A stretch of 64,000 nt of DNA, from contig JBHLMQ010000009.1 in assembly GCA_048938005.1 (NCBI GenBank), positions 1-64,000 of the forward strand, given 5' to 3'. A model generated the notes under the pieces. It saw only the letters and a list, made by a program, of their open reading frames with translations. It was not told the origin of the DNA and did no database searches. This DNA is from Promethearchaeota archaeon (GTDB lineage Archaea; Asgardarchaeota; Lokiarchaeia; Sigyniarchaeales; SOKP01). Position numbers and translations under genes: made by a program. Every line of letters begins with the position of its first letter. The first letter of the stretch is position 1. Shown here piece by piece: positions 39,037 through 48,729 of this stretch.

Positions 39037-40353
39037 TTAACTAATTTCTGTATGAGCCCCTAATTCTTTTAAATCTTCAAAAAAAGAAGGGTAAGAATCT
39101 TTAACAATATCGCTATTTTGAATATAAGAGCTCGAATCAGCGTATAAAGCTGCAATACTACAAGCCATTGCTATTCTATGATCATTATTATGATCAATTT
39201 TAATTCCATTGAATTTTTCAGTATGAAATATTGTTAATTTATTATCTTCTTCAATAACATCAACTCCCATTTTACGTAATTCGCGAGCCATAGCAGAAAT
39301 TCTATCAGTCTCTTTTAATCGCAGATTAGAAGCATTATAGAGAATTGTTTTTCCCTCCGCAAAAGCTCCGATAACAGATAATATTGGAAATAAATCAGGA
39401 ATATCAGTACAATCAATTTCAATACCTTTTAATGGATTATCCTTTATGTTTCCATTTATAATTACTTGGTTTTTTTCATCATCAATTTTGATATTTGCAC
39501 CCATTTCAGAAAGGATTTCAAGGATTTTTTTATCTCCTTGATAAATCTTAGTGCTTAAGTTATTAATAATTATAAATGAAGGATTTTGAGATAAAACACC
39601 TGCTACCATAATATTTGCTGCAGAAGAAAAATCTCCTGGAATGGTAAATGACTGGGATCTATAAGTTTGTTCATTAGTTATGTAAAATTTTCCACTTTCA
39701 AAATTTGCTTGAATATTAATACCAAATGTATTTAGTACATCTAAAGTGATATCAATAAAAGGTTTTGAGGCTAATGGAGTTGTTACTTCGATTTCAAAAT
39801 AGTCTTTTTTTTCACATTTTAAAAGAGGACACAATATTAGCAAAGCAGTTATAAACTGTGAACTTATATCTCCATGAATCTTAATTTTATCACACAAAAC
39901 TCTCTTACTTTTGATTTTAAGTTTATCACCTGATAATTTGAATCTTCCTCCTAATTTTTCAAGTGCTTCGAGGAGTGGAAGAATTGGTCTTTTATTTCTT
40001 AAAAAATCTCCTTTTAAGGTAAGTCCTCCCTCAACTAACAAACTTAAAGCACTAAAAATTCTTAATGTTGTTCCAGAGTTTCCGCAATCTAGAGGTTTTT
40101 TATAAGATTTGAAAGCATTTTTATCACGTTTAACAATATAAGTATTATCACTTTTTTCTAGAATTTTAACTCCTAAGGCTTTTAATATGCTTATTGTAAC
40201 TCCAACATCTCCAATTGTTAAGGGATTTTTAATTATTGAAATTCCATCAGCGAGACTAGCAGCGATAAATGCTCTATGAGAATAACTTTTAGAGCTCGGT
40301 GCCGTGATTTCACCACTTAAAGCATTAGTTATAGGATTAATTTTAAGATTCAT
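39037..40353 (-). CDS. aroA: 3-phosphoshikimate 1-carboxyvinyltransferase
   Basis: PSSKSYSHR, GNSGTTLR, SSQFITALL, PGDFSSA, LRLKETDRI, DHRIAM, SYPSFF. Confidence 0.96.
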   Translation of the reverse strand: MNLKINPITNALSGEITAPSSKSYSHRAFIAASLADGISIIKNPLTIGDVGVTISILKALGVKILEKSDNTYIVKRDKNAFKSYKKPLDCGNSGTTLRIFSALSLLVEGGLTLKGDFLRNKRPILPLLEALEKLGGRFKLSGDKLKIKSKRVLCDKIKIHGDISSQFITALLILCPLLKCEKKDYFEIEVTTPLASKPFIDITLDVLNTFGINIQANFESGKFYITNEQTYRSQSFTIPGDFSSAANIMVAGVLSQNPSFIIINNLSTKIYQGDKKILEILSEMGANIKIDDEKNQVIINGNIKDNPLKGIEIDCTDIPDLFPILSVIGAFAEGKTILYNASNLRLKETDRISAMARELRKMGVDVIEEDNKLTIFHTEKFNGIKIDHNNDHRIAMACSIAALYADSSSYIQNSDIVKDSYPSFFEDLKELGAHTEIS

Positions 40354-40434
40354 TAATTAATAAATAGAAATTTATAGATATAATATTAATTAAATAATCA
40401 TATAAGATTATTATCCGATTAAACCTTAATTGTC

Positions 40435-41544
40435 GTGAAAATTATGGATAATTCATTTGGTTCTATCTTTAAAATAATTTCATTTGGGGAAAGTCATGGA
40501 AATGTAGTAGGGATTATAGTAGACGGGGTACCTGCTGGCTTAGAATTCGATTTAGAAATTATCCAAAATGAACTTAATATGAGAAGACCCGGTCAATCAC
40601 ATTTAACCACAACCCGTCTTGAGAAGGATCGAGTTATGGTTTTATCCGGTATTTTCAATAACAAGACAACGGGAGCACCCATTTGTTTAGTAATTGAAAA
40701 TAAAGATATTGATTCATCAATATATGAAAAATATAAAAAATTCTTGCGACCATCACATGTAGATTATTCTGCATTAAAAAAATATTGTGGATATTCTGAT
40801 TATCGAGGATCAGGACGATTTTCAGGGAGAATAACAGCAGGATTCGTTATGGCTGGTGCAATAGCAAAAAAAATATTAAAAAAATATGGTATCATGATAT
40901 TTGCCTATACAACAAGTATTGGAAATATCATTGATGATGTAAATCATCCTATAAATAAATTAGAAAGGTTATTTGAGCTAAGAGAGAATTCTCTTGTTAG
41001 ATCGATTAACCATGAAAAATCGAAGTTAATGCAACAATTGGTTGAAAAGGTTAGAGATCAAAAGGATTCTATTGGTGGAACGATAAAATGTATTGTTAAA
41101 AATTTTCCAGAAGGCAAGGGAGGACCTATTTTCAATGGCATTGAGTCAAATATAAGTAAGGCAATTTTTGCGATTCCCGCAATAAAAGGAATAGAGTTCG
41201 GTGCTGGTTTTAAAGCCGCCAGAATGAAAGGTTCTGAGCATAATGACCCTTGGATTTTGAAAGATGGAAAAATCCAAACAACTAAAAATGATGCTGGGGG
41301 AATAATTGGTGGAATCTCAACTGGAATGCCAATTGAATTTACTGTTGCAGTTAAACCAACTGCTTCTATAGGTATCCTTCAAAAGACTGTAAATATTCAG
41401 ACGATGGAAAATGTAGAAATTGAATTTTCTGGTCGGAATGATCCATGTATCGTACCTAGAATAATTCCAGTCATAGAAGCTATGACAGCAAATGTTTTAC
41501 TAGATTGTTTATTAATTGAAGGTTATATTCCTAGGGTTTTATAA
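40435..41544 (+). CDS. aroC: Chorismate synthase
   Basis: FGESHG, RRPGQS, RPSHVD, RFSGR, IPAIKGIEFGAG, GGIIGGIS, KPTASI, DPCIVPR. Confidence 0.96.
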   Translation: MKIMDNSFGSIFKIISFGESHGNVVGIIVDGVPAGLEFDLEIIQNELNMRRPGQSHLTTTRLEKDRVMVLSGIFNNKTTGAPICLVIENKDIDSSIYEKYKKFLRPSHVDYSALKKYCGYSDYRGSGRFSGRITAGFVMAGAIAKKILKKYGIMIFAYTTSIGNIIDDVNHPINKLERLFELRENSLVRSINHEKSKLMQQLVEKVRDQKDSIGGTIKCIVKNFPEGKGGPIFNGIESNISKAIFAIPAIKGIEFGAGFKAARMKGSEHNDPWILKDGKIQTTKNDAGGIIGGISTGMPIEFTVAVKPTASIGILQKTVNIQTMENVEIEFSGRNDPCIVPRIIPVIEAMTANVLLDCLLIEGYIPRVL

Positions 41545-41642
41545 ATCATAAGAGGCAGTAGTCCACTTTAATCATTATTATATTCAAAACAAAGATTAAA
41601 ATTTATTGATAATAATTAGAGTACAATAAGGAGTGAATTAAA

Positions 41643-41891
41643 ATGTCTGGATCAGTTCAAGAAAAATTGATCGAAGAAGTCATCAAAATAATAGACAGAT
41701 GGTCCTTTGAACAGTGTGCTCATTGTGAAAATGGAACGCTAATTTCAATTGATGGAATGCTAGATTTCAAATGTAGTAAATGTGGAAAAACCATGAATCC
41801 TGCTGAATATTTAGGAGAAATTGCCAAATCTGTTTTTCATTATAGAGAAAAAATATCAAGCAATCAAGGCTCACAGAATACGGAATACTAA
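41643..41891 (+). CDS. Small Zn-ribbon hypothetical protein
   Basis: CAHC...CSKC; GGAGTGA SD upstream. Confidence 0.75.
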   Translation: MSGSVQEKLIEEVIKIIDRWSFEQCAHCENGTLISIDGMLDFKCSKCGKTMNPAEYLGEIAKSVFHYREKISSNQGSQNTEY

Positions 41892-41960
41892 ATTCTTCAT
41901 TTATTTGAAAATTGAGGCTTTTTTAATATAAATTTACAACAGTTTAAGTAAATTATTAAG

Positions 41961-43397
41961 TTGTTTAATATGAAATTACCGGTAAAAGCTGTTTTGATTG
42001 GATCAGGGCGCAGAGGTTTAGAGGTTTATGGAAAATATGCTCTAAAAAACAAGAAAAAACTAAAATTTATTGCTGTAGCTGAACCCATTAAAACAAGATG
42101 TAAAAAATTTGCTAAATTACATAATATTCCTTTGAAAAGATGTTATGAAAGCTGGAAAGACTTACTTTCAGATGAGAAAATGGCAGATGTTGCTTTCATT
42201 TGTACTCAAGATCAAATGCACACAGAACCAACCTTGTTAGCCTTAGAAAAAGGATACCATGTGCTTTTAGAGAAACCGATGGCCAGTACTCTTAATGATT
42301 GTATTAGAATAGTAAAAAAAGTAGAAGAAACGGAAAAAATTTTAGGTGTGAGTCACGTTTTAAGATATACTGGCTTTTTCTCAACAATTCAAGAAGTAAT
42401 CCAAAAGGGGCTCCTTGGTGATATTATTAATATCACTCAGAGAGAAAATGTGATGTGGTACCATTATGCTCATAGTTATATTAGAGGACCATGGGCAAAA
42501 GTAGAAAAATCTTCTCCAATGATTTTAACAAAATGTTGTCATGACCTTGATTTACTTTTTTATATGGTTGGTTCACTTCCAAAGAAAATAAGTTCTTTTG
42601 GAAATTTATTACATTTCAAGCCTAAAAATGCGCCGGAGGGGGCTCCAGAGTATTGTTTAGATGGATGTCCTGCTAAAAACAAGTGTTTATATTATGCACC
42701 AAGAATATATGTTGATATTATCCCACAAATTCAATTAATGGAAAAAAGTGATAACAAAGCTTTAAAGATTTTAGGTTGGTTAAGAAAGAAACATGTAAAT
42801 TTTTTGACATATCTCTCTAAAATAATACCTCAGTTGAAAGAAATAAGGTATTATAGAGATTTTCCAATCTATTATTTATATACAGGAGAGAAAGAAGATT
42901 ATTCAGATGAAGCAAAATTGGAAATATTAAAAACTAGCCCCTATGGTAAATGTGTATATCACTGTGATAATAACGTGGTTGACCATCAAGTCGTAAATAT
43001 TGAATTTGAAAATGGAGTTACAGCAAATTTAACCATGCATGGTTTCAGTGAACAAGAAGGGCGTACATTAAGAATTGATGGAACAAAAGCAACATTATTG
43101 GGAGAGTTTCATATAAGCGGCGAAAAAATACTTTTATATGACCATTTTACTGGAGAAGAAAAACTTGTTTATAAGAAAAAGCTTACACGTGAATCCGGTG
43201 AACATGGTGTGGGTGATTTTGAGTTAATAGATGCATTTATTGAATTACTTATCAACAAAAGTAAAATCCAACCTTTAACAAATGCGCGAGATTCCCTTGA
43301 GAGTCATTTAATGGCATTTGCCGCTAATGAATCGCGCTTAAAGGGAACAATAATTGATATGGAAAAGTTTCGTTTAAATACTTATAAATCAGAATAA
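41961..43397 (+). CDS. Gfo/Idh/MocA family oxidoreductase
   Basis: IGSGRRG, VLLEKPM, HSYIRG, KCCHDLD, VVDHQVV. Confidence 0.92.
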   Translation: MFNMKLPVKAVLIGSGRRGLEVYGKYALKNKKKLKFIAVAEPIKTRCKKFAKLHNIPLKRCYESWKDLLSDEKMADVAFICTQDQMHTEPTLLALEKGYHVLLEKPMASTLNDCIRIVKKVEETEKILGVSHVLRYTGFFSTIQEVIQKGLLGDIINITQRENVMWYHYAHSYIRGPWAKVEKSSPMILTKCCHDLDLLFYMVGSLPKKISSFGNLLHFKPKNAPEGAPEYCLDGCPAKNKCLYYAPRIYVDIIPQIQLMEKSDNKALKILGWLRKKHVNFLTYLSKIIPQLKEIRYYRDFPIYYLYTGEKEDYSDEAKLEILKTSPYGKCVYHCDNNVVDHQVVNIEFENGVTANLTMHGFSEQEGRTLRIDGTKATLLGEFHISGEKILLYDHFTGEEKLVYKKKLTRESGEHGVGDFELIDAFIELLINKSKIQPLTNARDSLESHLMAFAANESRLKGTIIDMEKFRLNTYKSE

Positions 43398-43508
43398 CTT
43401 CAAAAAGAAGAAATAATGTTTGAACAGAAAAATTTTGGTTAATTTTATTACAATTGAGATAATAAAATATTATATATTTAATATTAAATTTTGGATTGTT
43501 AAAATAGA

Positions 43509-43736
43509 ATGGATAAGAAAATCGATACTTCTTCCCAATTTATAGAATTCTATAAAAAGAAAGGGGATTATTTAGTTTCTCTTTCAGAGAATCATTTTAA
43601 AAATATAGAATATCGAAAATGCCTTGAATTATTAAATGAAGCCTACGGAATGTACATGAAAGGGAATTATACTGAACTCGCTGAAAAAACCAAACAGAGA
43701 TTCATAGAAATAAAAGAAAAATATTTTAAAAAGTAA
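43509..43736 (+). CDS. Small helical hypothetical protein
   Basis: 75-aa ORF with a TPR-like helix pair. Confidence 0.7.
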   Translation: MDKKIDTSSQFIEFYKKKGDYLVSLSENHFKNIEYRKCLELLNEAYGMYMKGNYTELAEKTKQRFIEIKEKYFKK

Positions 43737-43741
43737 AAATT

Positions 43742-44236
43742 TCAATCAAATTCTAAATTTTTGCCTAATTTATTCTCAATATCTTCAATATGAGATCCTT
43801 CCCAGTATATTTTTTTGCATTGAGGATTTGAGCACTGATAAAATTCATTGTAATGATTGTATGTTTCTTTTAAGACATGCTCCTTTATTGTACTTTTATT
43901 AGCAATTCTCTTTAACTGCGAATTACAGATTGAACACCTCGCTTTTTCAATATTAAATTTAAAACTTAAATTAAAATGATTTTTAAGTTGATTTAAGTAG
44001 TGATATATACCTTCTCCTTTAAGATATACACTATTCTCAATATAGCTCTTAAATAAGGGATAATCTTTTGTGATGATAATTCTATCATTTTTTTTAGCAT
44101 AATCTATTAGCATTTCATCAGGAACAGGATCTATCTTAAAATATTCAATAAGATCATTGGCATATATTGTGTCAAATCCAAAAATTCTTAGAAATCGAGC
44201 TAATCTGCCCAACATAGAATCAACTAAAAATTTCAT
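43742..44236 (-). CDS. Mut7-C RNase (PIN + Zn ribbon) family
   Basis: KFLVDSMLGRLARFLRIFGFDT, IITKD, RCSICN, C..QCKKIYWEGSH. Confidence 0.92.
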   Translation of the reverse strand: MKFLVDSMLGRLARFLRIFGFDTIYANDLIEYFKIDPVPDEMLIDYAKKNDRIIITKDYPLFKSYIENSVYLKGEGIYHYLNQLKNHFNLSFKFNIEKARCSICNSQLKRIANKSTIKEHVLKETYNHYNEFYQCSNPQCKKIYWEGSHIEDIENKLGKNLEFD

Positions 44237-44311
44237 ATTAAAGAGGTTAAGCTTTTATTAAGTAACTTTAGATCAAATATATTTAAGCAAAAAAAAATAT
44301 TATTAATTTAA

Positions 44312-44839
44312 ATGGAAGCTAAAGAATTGATGGAAAAAGCAGTAAGATTTCATGGACACATTTGTCCAGGTCTAGCAATTGGAGTTTTAGCTGCTAAATA
44401 TGTTTTAGAACATGGTCATGATTATTCTCCTAATGAGGAGTTAGTTGCTGTTGTTGAGAATGATAATTGCAGCGTTGATGCCCTCCAAGTTTTATTAGGT
44501 ACAACTTTTGGAAAGGGTAATCTTATACATCAAGATTATGGTAAAAATAATTATTACATTTATGATAGAAGGACCGAAAAAAGCATCAGATTAGCATTAA
44601 AAAGTGGTAAAATTGGTAATAAAAAGCAAACGAGAGATGAAAAAATTCAGTTTTTATTGAAAGCTAAACCAGAAGATATCTTCAATATTTATGAAATTGA
44701 ATTCAATCCCCCTGGATTAGCTCAAATTGAAGAATCTGTACCATGTGAGGTATGTGGAGAACTTACTATGAATAGTAGGCTTATGACGTATAATGATTCT
44801 GAAATGTGTATTTCTTGCTATAAAAAAATGAGAAAATAA
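44312..44839 (+). CDS. FmdE/FwdE family protein with C-terminal Zn finger
   Basis: FHGHICPGLAIG, ENDNCSVDALQ, TFGKGNL, CEVCGE, CISC. Confidence 0.92.
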   Translation: MEAKELMEKAVRFHGHICPGLAIGVLAAKYVLEHGHDYSPNEELVAVVENDNCSVDALQVLLGTTFGKGNLIHQDYGKNNYYIYDRRTEKSIRLALKSGKIGNKKQTRDEKIQFLLKAKPEDIFNIYEIEFNPPGLAQIEESVPCEVCGELTMNSRLMTYNDSEMCISCYKKMRK

Positions 44840-44950
44840 TTAAAATTAATTTCTTTTAAATCTAATGCTTTAGGACAGATATATCTAACCATTTTCTAAC
44901 ATATAGGGATTCTCATTATTTTTTAATTGCGTATATAAATGTGAGACAAA

Positions 44951-45715
44951 ATGGATAATAATAATCCAACAATAATGGCCGATGCTGGTCCATTTTATTT
45001 TGAAGGAAGTAAGATTGGAATCCTCATGATACATGGAGGCGGTGGAGGAACATGTGCAGATTTAAAGCCTCTAGCAGAAGATTTGCATATAAAAGGAGGT
45101 TATACTATAAAAGTTCCCTTACTTCCTGGATTTGGAAGTTCCCCTGAAGATTTAAAAAACACTCAGATTGACGAATGGAAATCTGCTTTAGAACAAGAAA
45201 TAACAACATTAATGGATATCTGTAATAGGATAATTGTAGGTGGGCATTCTATGGGGGGAGCTTTAACTTTAATATTAGCATCAAAATATCGCTTTGATGG
45301 AATTTTTACAATTAGTGCTCCCATAGGAGCTCGATCATTTCTAATTAATCTAGTTCCTTTATTCAAAATTTTCGTAAAATATCATAAAATTCCTTCTGAA
45401 CAATTCAGAAAAGATACAAATGGAAAGTGGGTGGGGTATGATAAGATTCCTGTAAATATTGGGATAAAAGCAAAAAAATTGATGAGAGAACTGAGACAAT
45501 CTTTAGTAAAAATAAATTGTCCAATATTATTATTTCAAGGTCGATTAGATTCTGATATTAAAAAAAAGAGTATGGATTATATTTTCAATAAAATTAGTTC
45601 TAAGAATAAAAAGAAAATATGGTTAGAACATAATAGTCATCCAATATTATGCAGCCCTGATCATAATCAAATTGTATCTGAACTTTTTAATTTTATTCAT
45701 GAAATTTGTCCTTAA
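44951..45715 (+). CDS. Alpha/beta hydrolase (carboxylesterase/monoacylglycerol lipase-like)
   Basis: LMIHG, GHSMGG nucleophile elbow, QGRLD, NSHP. Confidence 0.9.
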   Translation: MDNNNPTIMADAGPFYFEGSKIGILMIHGGGGGTCADLKPLAEDLHIKGGYTIKVPLLPGFGSSPEDLKNTQIDEWKSALEQEITTLMDICNRIIVGGHSMGGALTLILASKYRFDGIFTISAPIGARSFLINLVPLFKIFVKYHKIPSEQFRKDTNGKWVGYDKIPVNIGIKAKKLMRELRQSLVKINCPILLFQGRLDSDIKKKSMDYIFNKISSKNKKKIWLEHNSHPILCSPDHNQIVSELFNFIHEICP

Positions 45716-45931
45716 ATTATTTATTCATAATTAAATTACTAAAAATATCGAAGAGTAGACTTTTGTAATTTTTGAAAACTTAAATCATGATTAATACATA
45801 TTTATTATCCAAGGTAATAGGGAATCAATTCTTTATTTTTGTGAAAATACAAGAAATTCCATTAGAGATATTTAAGGAAATCTTAATAAGACAACATTTT
45901 TAAACTATTGTATAAATAGGATGATTAATTT

Positions 45932-47158
45932 ATGATTAAAAACATAAGTAAGGGACATACTTTATTAGTAAAAGGTCCAGCAAGAATAACTATATTAGAA
46001 GGAAAAATTGATGTTTTTGGGAAAATTTATCTTCCAAAAAAAGAGTTATCGACGGATTCATCCACAAATGATGGAAATGTTTTAATAATCCCTGGTGCCC
46101 AAGTTTTTCCTCTATTTGCACTAGTTAATTCAAAATTAGATGCATATACTAATTTTGAAGAAAATCTTAAATTAATTGAAGAAAATTCTGTTTCTCTTAA
46201 GTGGATTGAAATTAAAGATTCTATTATTCAAAAGTTGAAAGAAAATCCTAATACTCCTTTAAAGATAATGGTTTTAGGAATTAGCAGTGGAAAAACAACA
46301 TTCATTAAATATTTAGCAAACAATTTTCTTCAGGAAGGATTAAAAGGTGGATATCTTGATTCAGATCTCGGGCAACAGATTATATATATTCCAACCACAA
46401 TCAATATAGGTTCCATTGATGATTATATTATTTCAAGCGAGAATATAAAATCTGAAAAAACAGTCTTTATTGGCGCCACTTTTCCGAAAGGAGACTATAA
46501 ATTCATAGTTTCTCTATCATCTAGGCAATTAATTGATGATTTTATTGTTAATCATAAGGATATCGATTTCATTTTAATTGATACAGATGGTTGGATTAAA
46601 ACTGAGGCAGGGATTCTTTATAAAAATTTTTTTATCAAAACAGTGGATCCGGATATAATTATTGTATTTCATGATGATAGCATTGAGGAATTAAAAAGCA
46701 TTGAAGAAACCTCATCAAGTTCAAGAAAAGACCGAAAAATATTTCTAATCAAAGAAAAAAATAAATATTTCTATGAAAAAGATAAGGAAGAAAGAAGATT
46801 TTTACGCCAAAGTCAATTTTCTAAGAAATTTGAGGCGTTTAGAAAGATTTCAATTCCTTTAAACAGTATGAAATTCATAAAGACAGAATATAATAAGGAA
46901 AAAGATCAAATTATTGAAAAGGAGATAAATATTAATGAACTAGTTGATCTTCCTTACCATTATGTAATAATTGGTTTAATGTCTGAAAAATCTGAGTTAA
47001 TAGAAATAGGGCTACTGTTCACAATAAATATTGAGAAAAATTATATCTTATTATATTCTAGCTTAACTTATAAACAACAACTTGATGTAAAGAAAATATT
47101 ATTAGGAAGTTTACGATTATCTACCAAAGGAAATCACCAAGGGTACTTGTACCTCTAA
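45932..47158 (+). CDS. Clp1/Nol9/Grc3 family polynucleotide 5'-OH kinase
   Basis: TLLVKGPA N-domain, SGKTT, DSDLGQ, IDTDGW, ERRFLR. Confidence 0.88.
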   Translation: MIKNISKGHTLLVKGPARITILEGKIDVFGKIYLPKKELSTDSSTNDGNVLIIPGAQVFPLFALVNSKLDAYTNFEENLKLIEENSVSLKWIEIKDSIIQKLKENPNTPLKIMVLGISSGKTTFIKYLANNFLQEGLKGGYLDSDLGQQIIYIPTTINIGSIDDYIISSENIKSEKTVFIGATFPKGDYKFIVSLSSRQLIDDFIVNHKDIDFILIDTDGWIKTEAGILYKNFFIKTVDPDIIIVFHDDSIEELKSIEETSSSSRKDRKIFLIKEKNKYFYEKDKEERRFLRQSQFSKKFEAFRKISIPLNSMKFIKTEYNKEKDQIIEKEININELVDLPYHYVIIGLMSEKSELIEIGLLFTINIEKNYILLYSSLTYKQQLDVKKILLGSLRLSTKGNHQGYLYL

Positions 47159-47288
47159 TTAGAATGACAAAATACTACGACTAAGTCTCTAATTTTTAGT
47201 GTGTAAAAAAATTTGTAATATTCTTTTCAGTATTTATTAAACGATATTTAACTAATTTTTTTAAATTGAGGAGTAATTATATTAATTT

Positions 47289-48728
47289 ATGGATGAGGAT
47301 CTTCTCACTAAGTTTCTTAAATTAATGTCCACTAAAATTTCAGACAATGACCTTGAATTAATAAATTTGGGAAGATCTTTAGGATTAGATTTAGTATCTT
47401 TTGCTGAATTACGAGCCTCCCAAGAAGATGAATTTGCTGATGAGGTAAGGAAAAGAGCAATAGAAAGGATGGAAAAAGATGGAGATAATCTTTTGGATAA
47501 TACAGACTCCTTTTATGCAGGAAGTATTGATTTCATGGTATCTGATGAACCTGAAGGAAAAAAGTTTTTTCTTTTAGAAACAAATGGTGGATCTCATCGT
47601 GGGCTTTCAATTATTACTAAAAAACAGCAAGCACTTCTATATGATGGTTATTATGAAGCCATTCTTCAAGCGTTGAAAAAAAACAATAAAATGGATAAAA
47701 AAATATTTGTATTAATTGGAGTACCTGTCAATGATGGATTAATTCATGAAAAAGTAATAATGACCGAATATTTAAGAAAAAAGCTGAAATCTAACGAATA
47801 TTCAATTAAAATTTTTAATACAGATAATTATGATAAACATTTCAAGGCAAAAATCATAATCTTGATAGCTGATTACCGACAATTATCCCGATCTCTCTCT
47901 TTCTCAAATAATTGGATTAAATTTAATGGAGAGGAGGTGAGTGTATTAATAGGAGATGGGATTACAAGGCGTCTCGCAAATAAGGAGTTTTCTGAATTAA
48001 TTAAGAAAGATTTCCGAAGAATAAAGTCAATTATAGTAAATCCAATCTTTAGAATAACCGATGATAAATCTCTAACATATTTGGCAAGCTTTTTTAGTAA
48101 AGATACTCTCAAGAAGTATAATTTGAGGTATTTATTATTTACCAAAGCATATACAGAAAAAGAATTAATAAATAAATTGGTATATCTCATTAACACATAT
48201 CAGAGATCTTTTATTATAAAACCTAGTGGAGGTTCTGGGGGTGCTGGCGTTATGCCAGTTTCGCAAGATGAAGATTCATATAGTATTAAAAAAATTGTCG
48301 AAGATAGTAAAAGGGAATTCTTTGCCAAGTTCATGAAAAATCGTGATCCTTTTCCATACACAATTCAAGAAATGGCTGATTTCTCTCTGATTGATTGGCG
48401 TGAAGGAAAACATACATTTGATTTACGAATCTATTTAGCCCAAAGAGAAGGTAAGGTTATCCCTATAGGTGGTTTGGCCAGAATTGCTCGTGGAGAATAT
48501 AGTGGAAGCCTTAATAAGCAAGAATTTGTAGTTAACTTATCAGGCTATAATGGTCAAATTGAAGTTGATCGTGGACTTGGATTCTCTAAAGAAAAATGTA
48601 AAGTATTAAATCTGACAAAAGATGATTTTGTAAGTATGTTTTGCATAGGTTGTGTATTATTTGCTGGCATTGTTAAAAATTATAATAAAATTATTAAATT
48701 CTCAGATTGGGATAAAATCATTGATTGA
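47289..48728 (+). CDS. Circularly permuted ATP-grasp amide ligase
   Basis: N-terminal SIDFMV..FLLETNGG (normally C-terminal); DKSL, IIKPSGGSGGAGV, TIQE, FDLRIY, GGLARIA, VVNLS. Confidence 0.85.
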   Translation: MDEDLLTKFLKLMSTKISDNDLELINLGRSLGLDLVSFAELRASQEDEFADEVRKRAIERMEKDGDNLLDNTDSFYAGSIDFMVSDEPEGKKFFLLETNGGSHRGLSIITKKQQALLYDGYYEAILQALKKNNKMDKKIFVLIGVPVNDGLIHEKVIMTEYLRKKLKSNEYSIKIFNTDNYDKHFKAKIIILIADYRQLSRSLSFSNNWIKFNGEEVSVLIGDGITRRLANKEFSELIKKDFRRIKSIIVNPIFRITDDKSLTYLASFFSKDTLKKYNLRYLLFTKAYTEKELINKLVYLINTYQRSFIIKPSGGSGGAGVMPVSQDEDSYSIKKIVEDSKREFFAKFMKNRDPFPYTIQEMADFSLIDWREGKHTFDLRIYLAQREGKVIPIGGLARIARGEYSGSLNKQEFVVNLSGYNGQIEVDRGLGFSKEKCKVLNLTKDDFVSMFCIGCVLFAGIVKNYNKIIKFSDWDKIID

Positions 48729-48729
48729 A

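Noticed and set aside
43509-44236. Toxin-antitoxin pair (small protein + Mut7-C PIN)
   Set aside because: The genes are convergent rather than an operon, and Mut7-C commonly stands alone in archaea.
48652-48729. N-terminal extension of the M14-like ORF as given in the track
   Set aside because: It overlaps the ligase gene; ATG 48730 just after the stop is the more plausible start.
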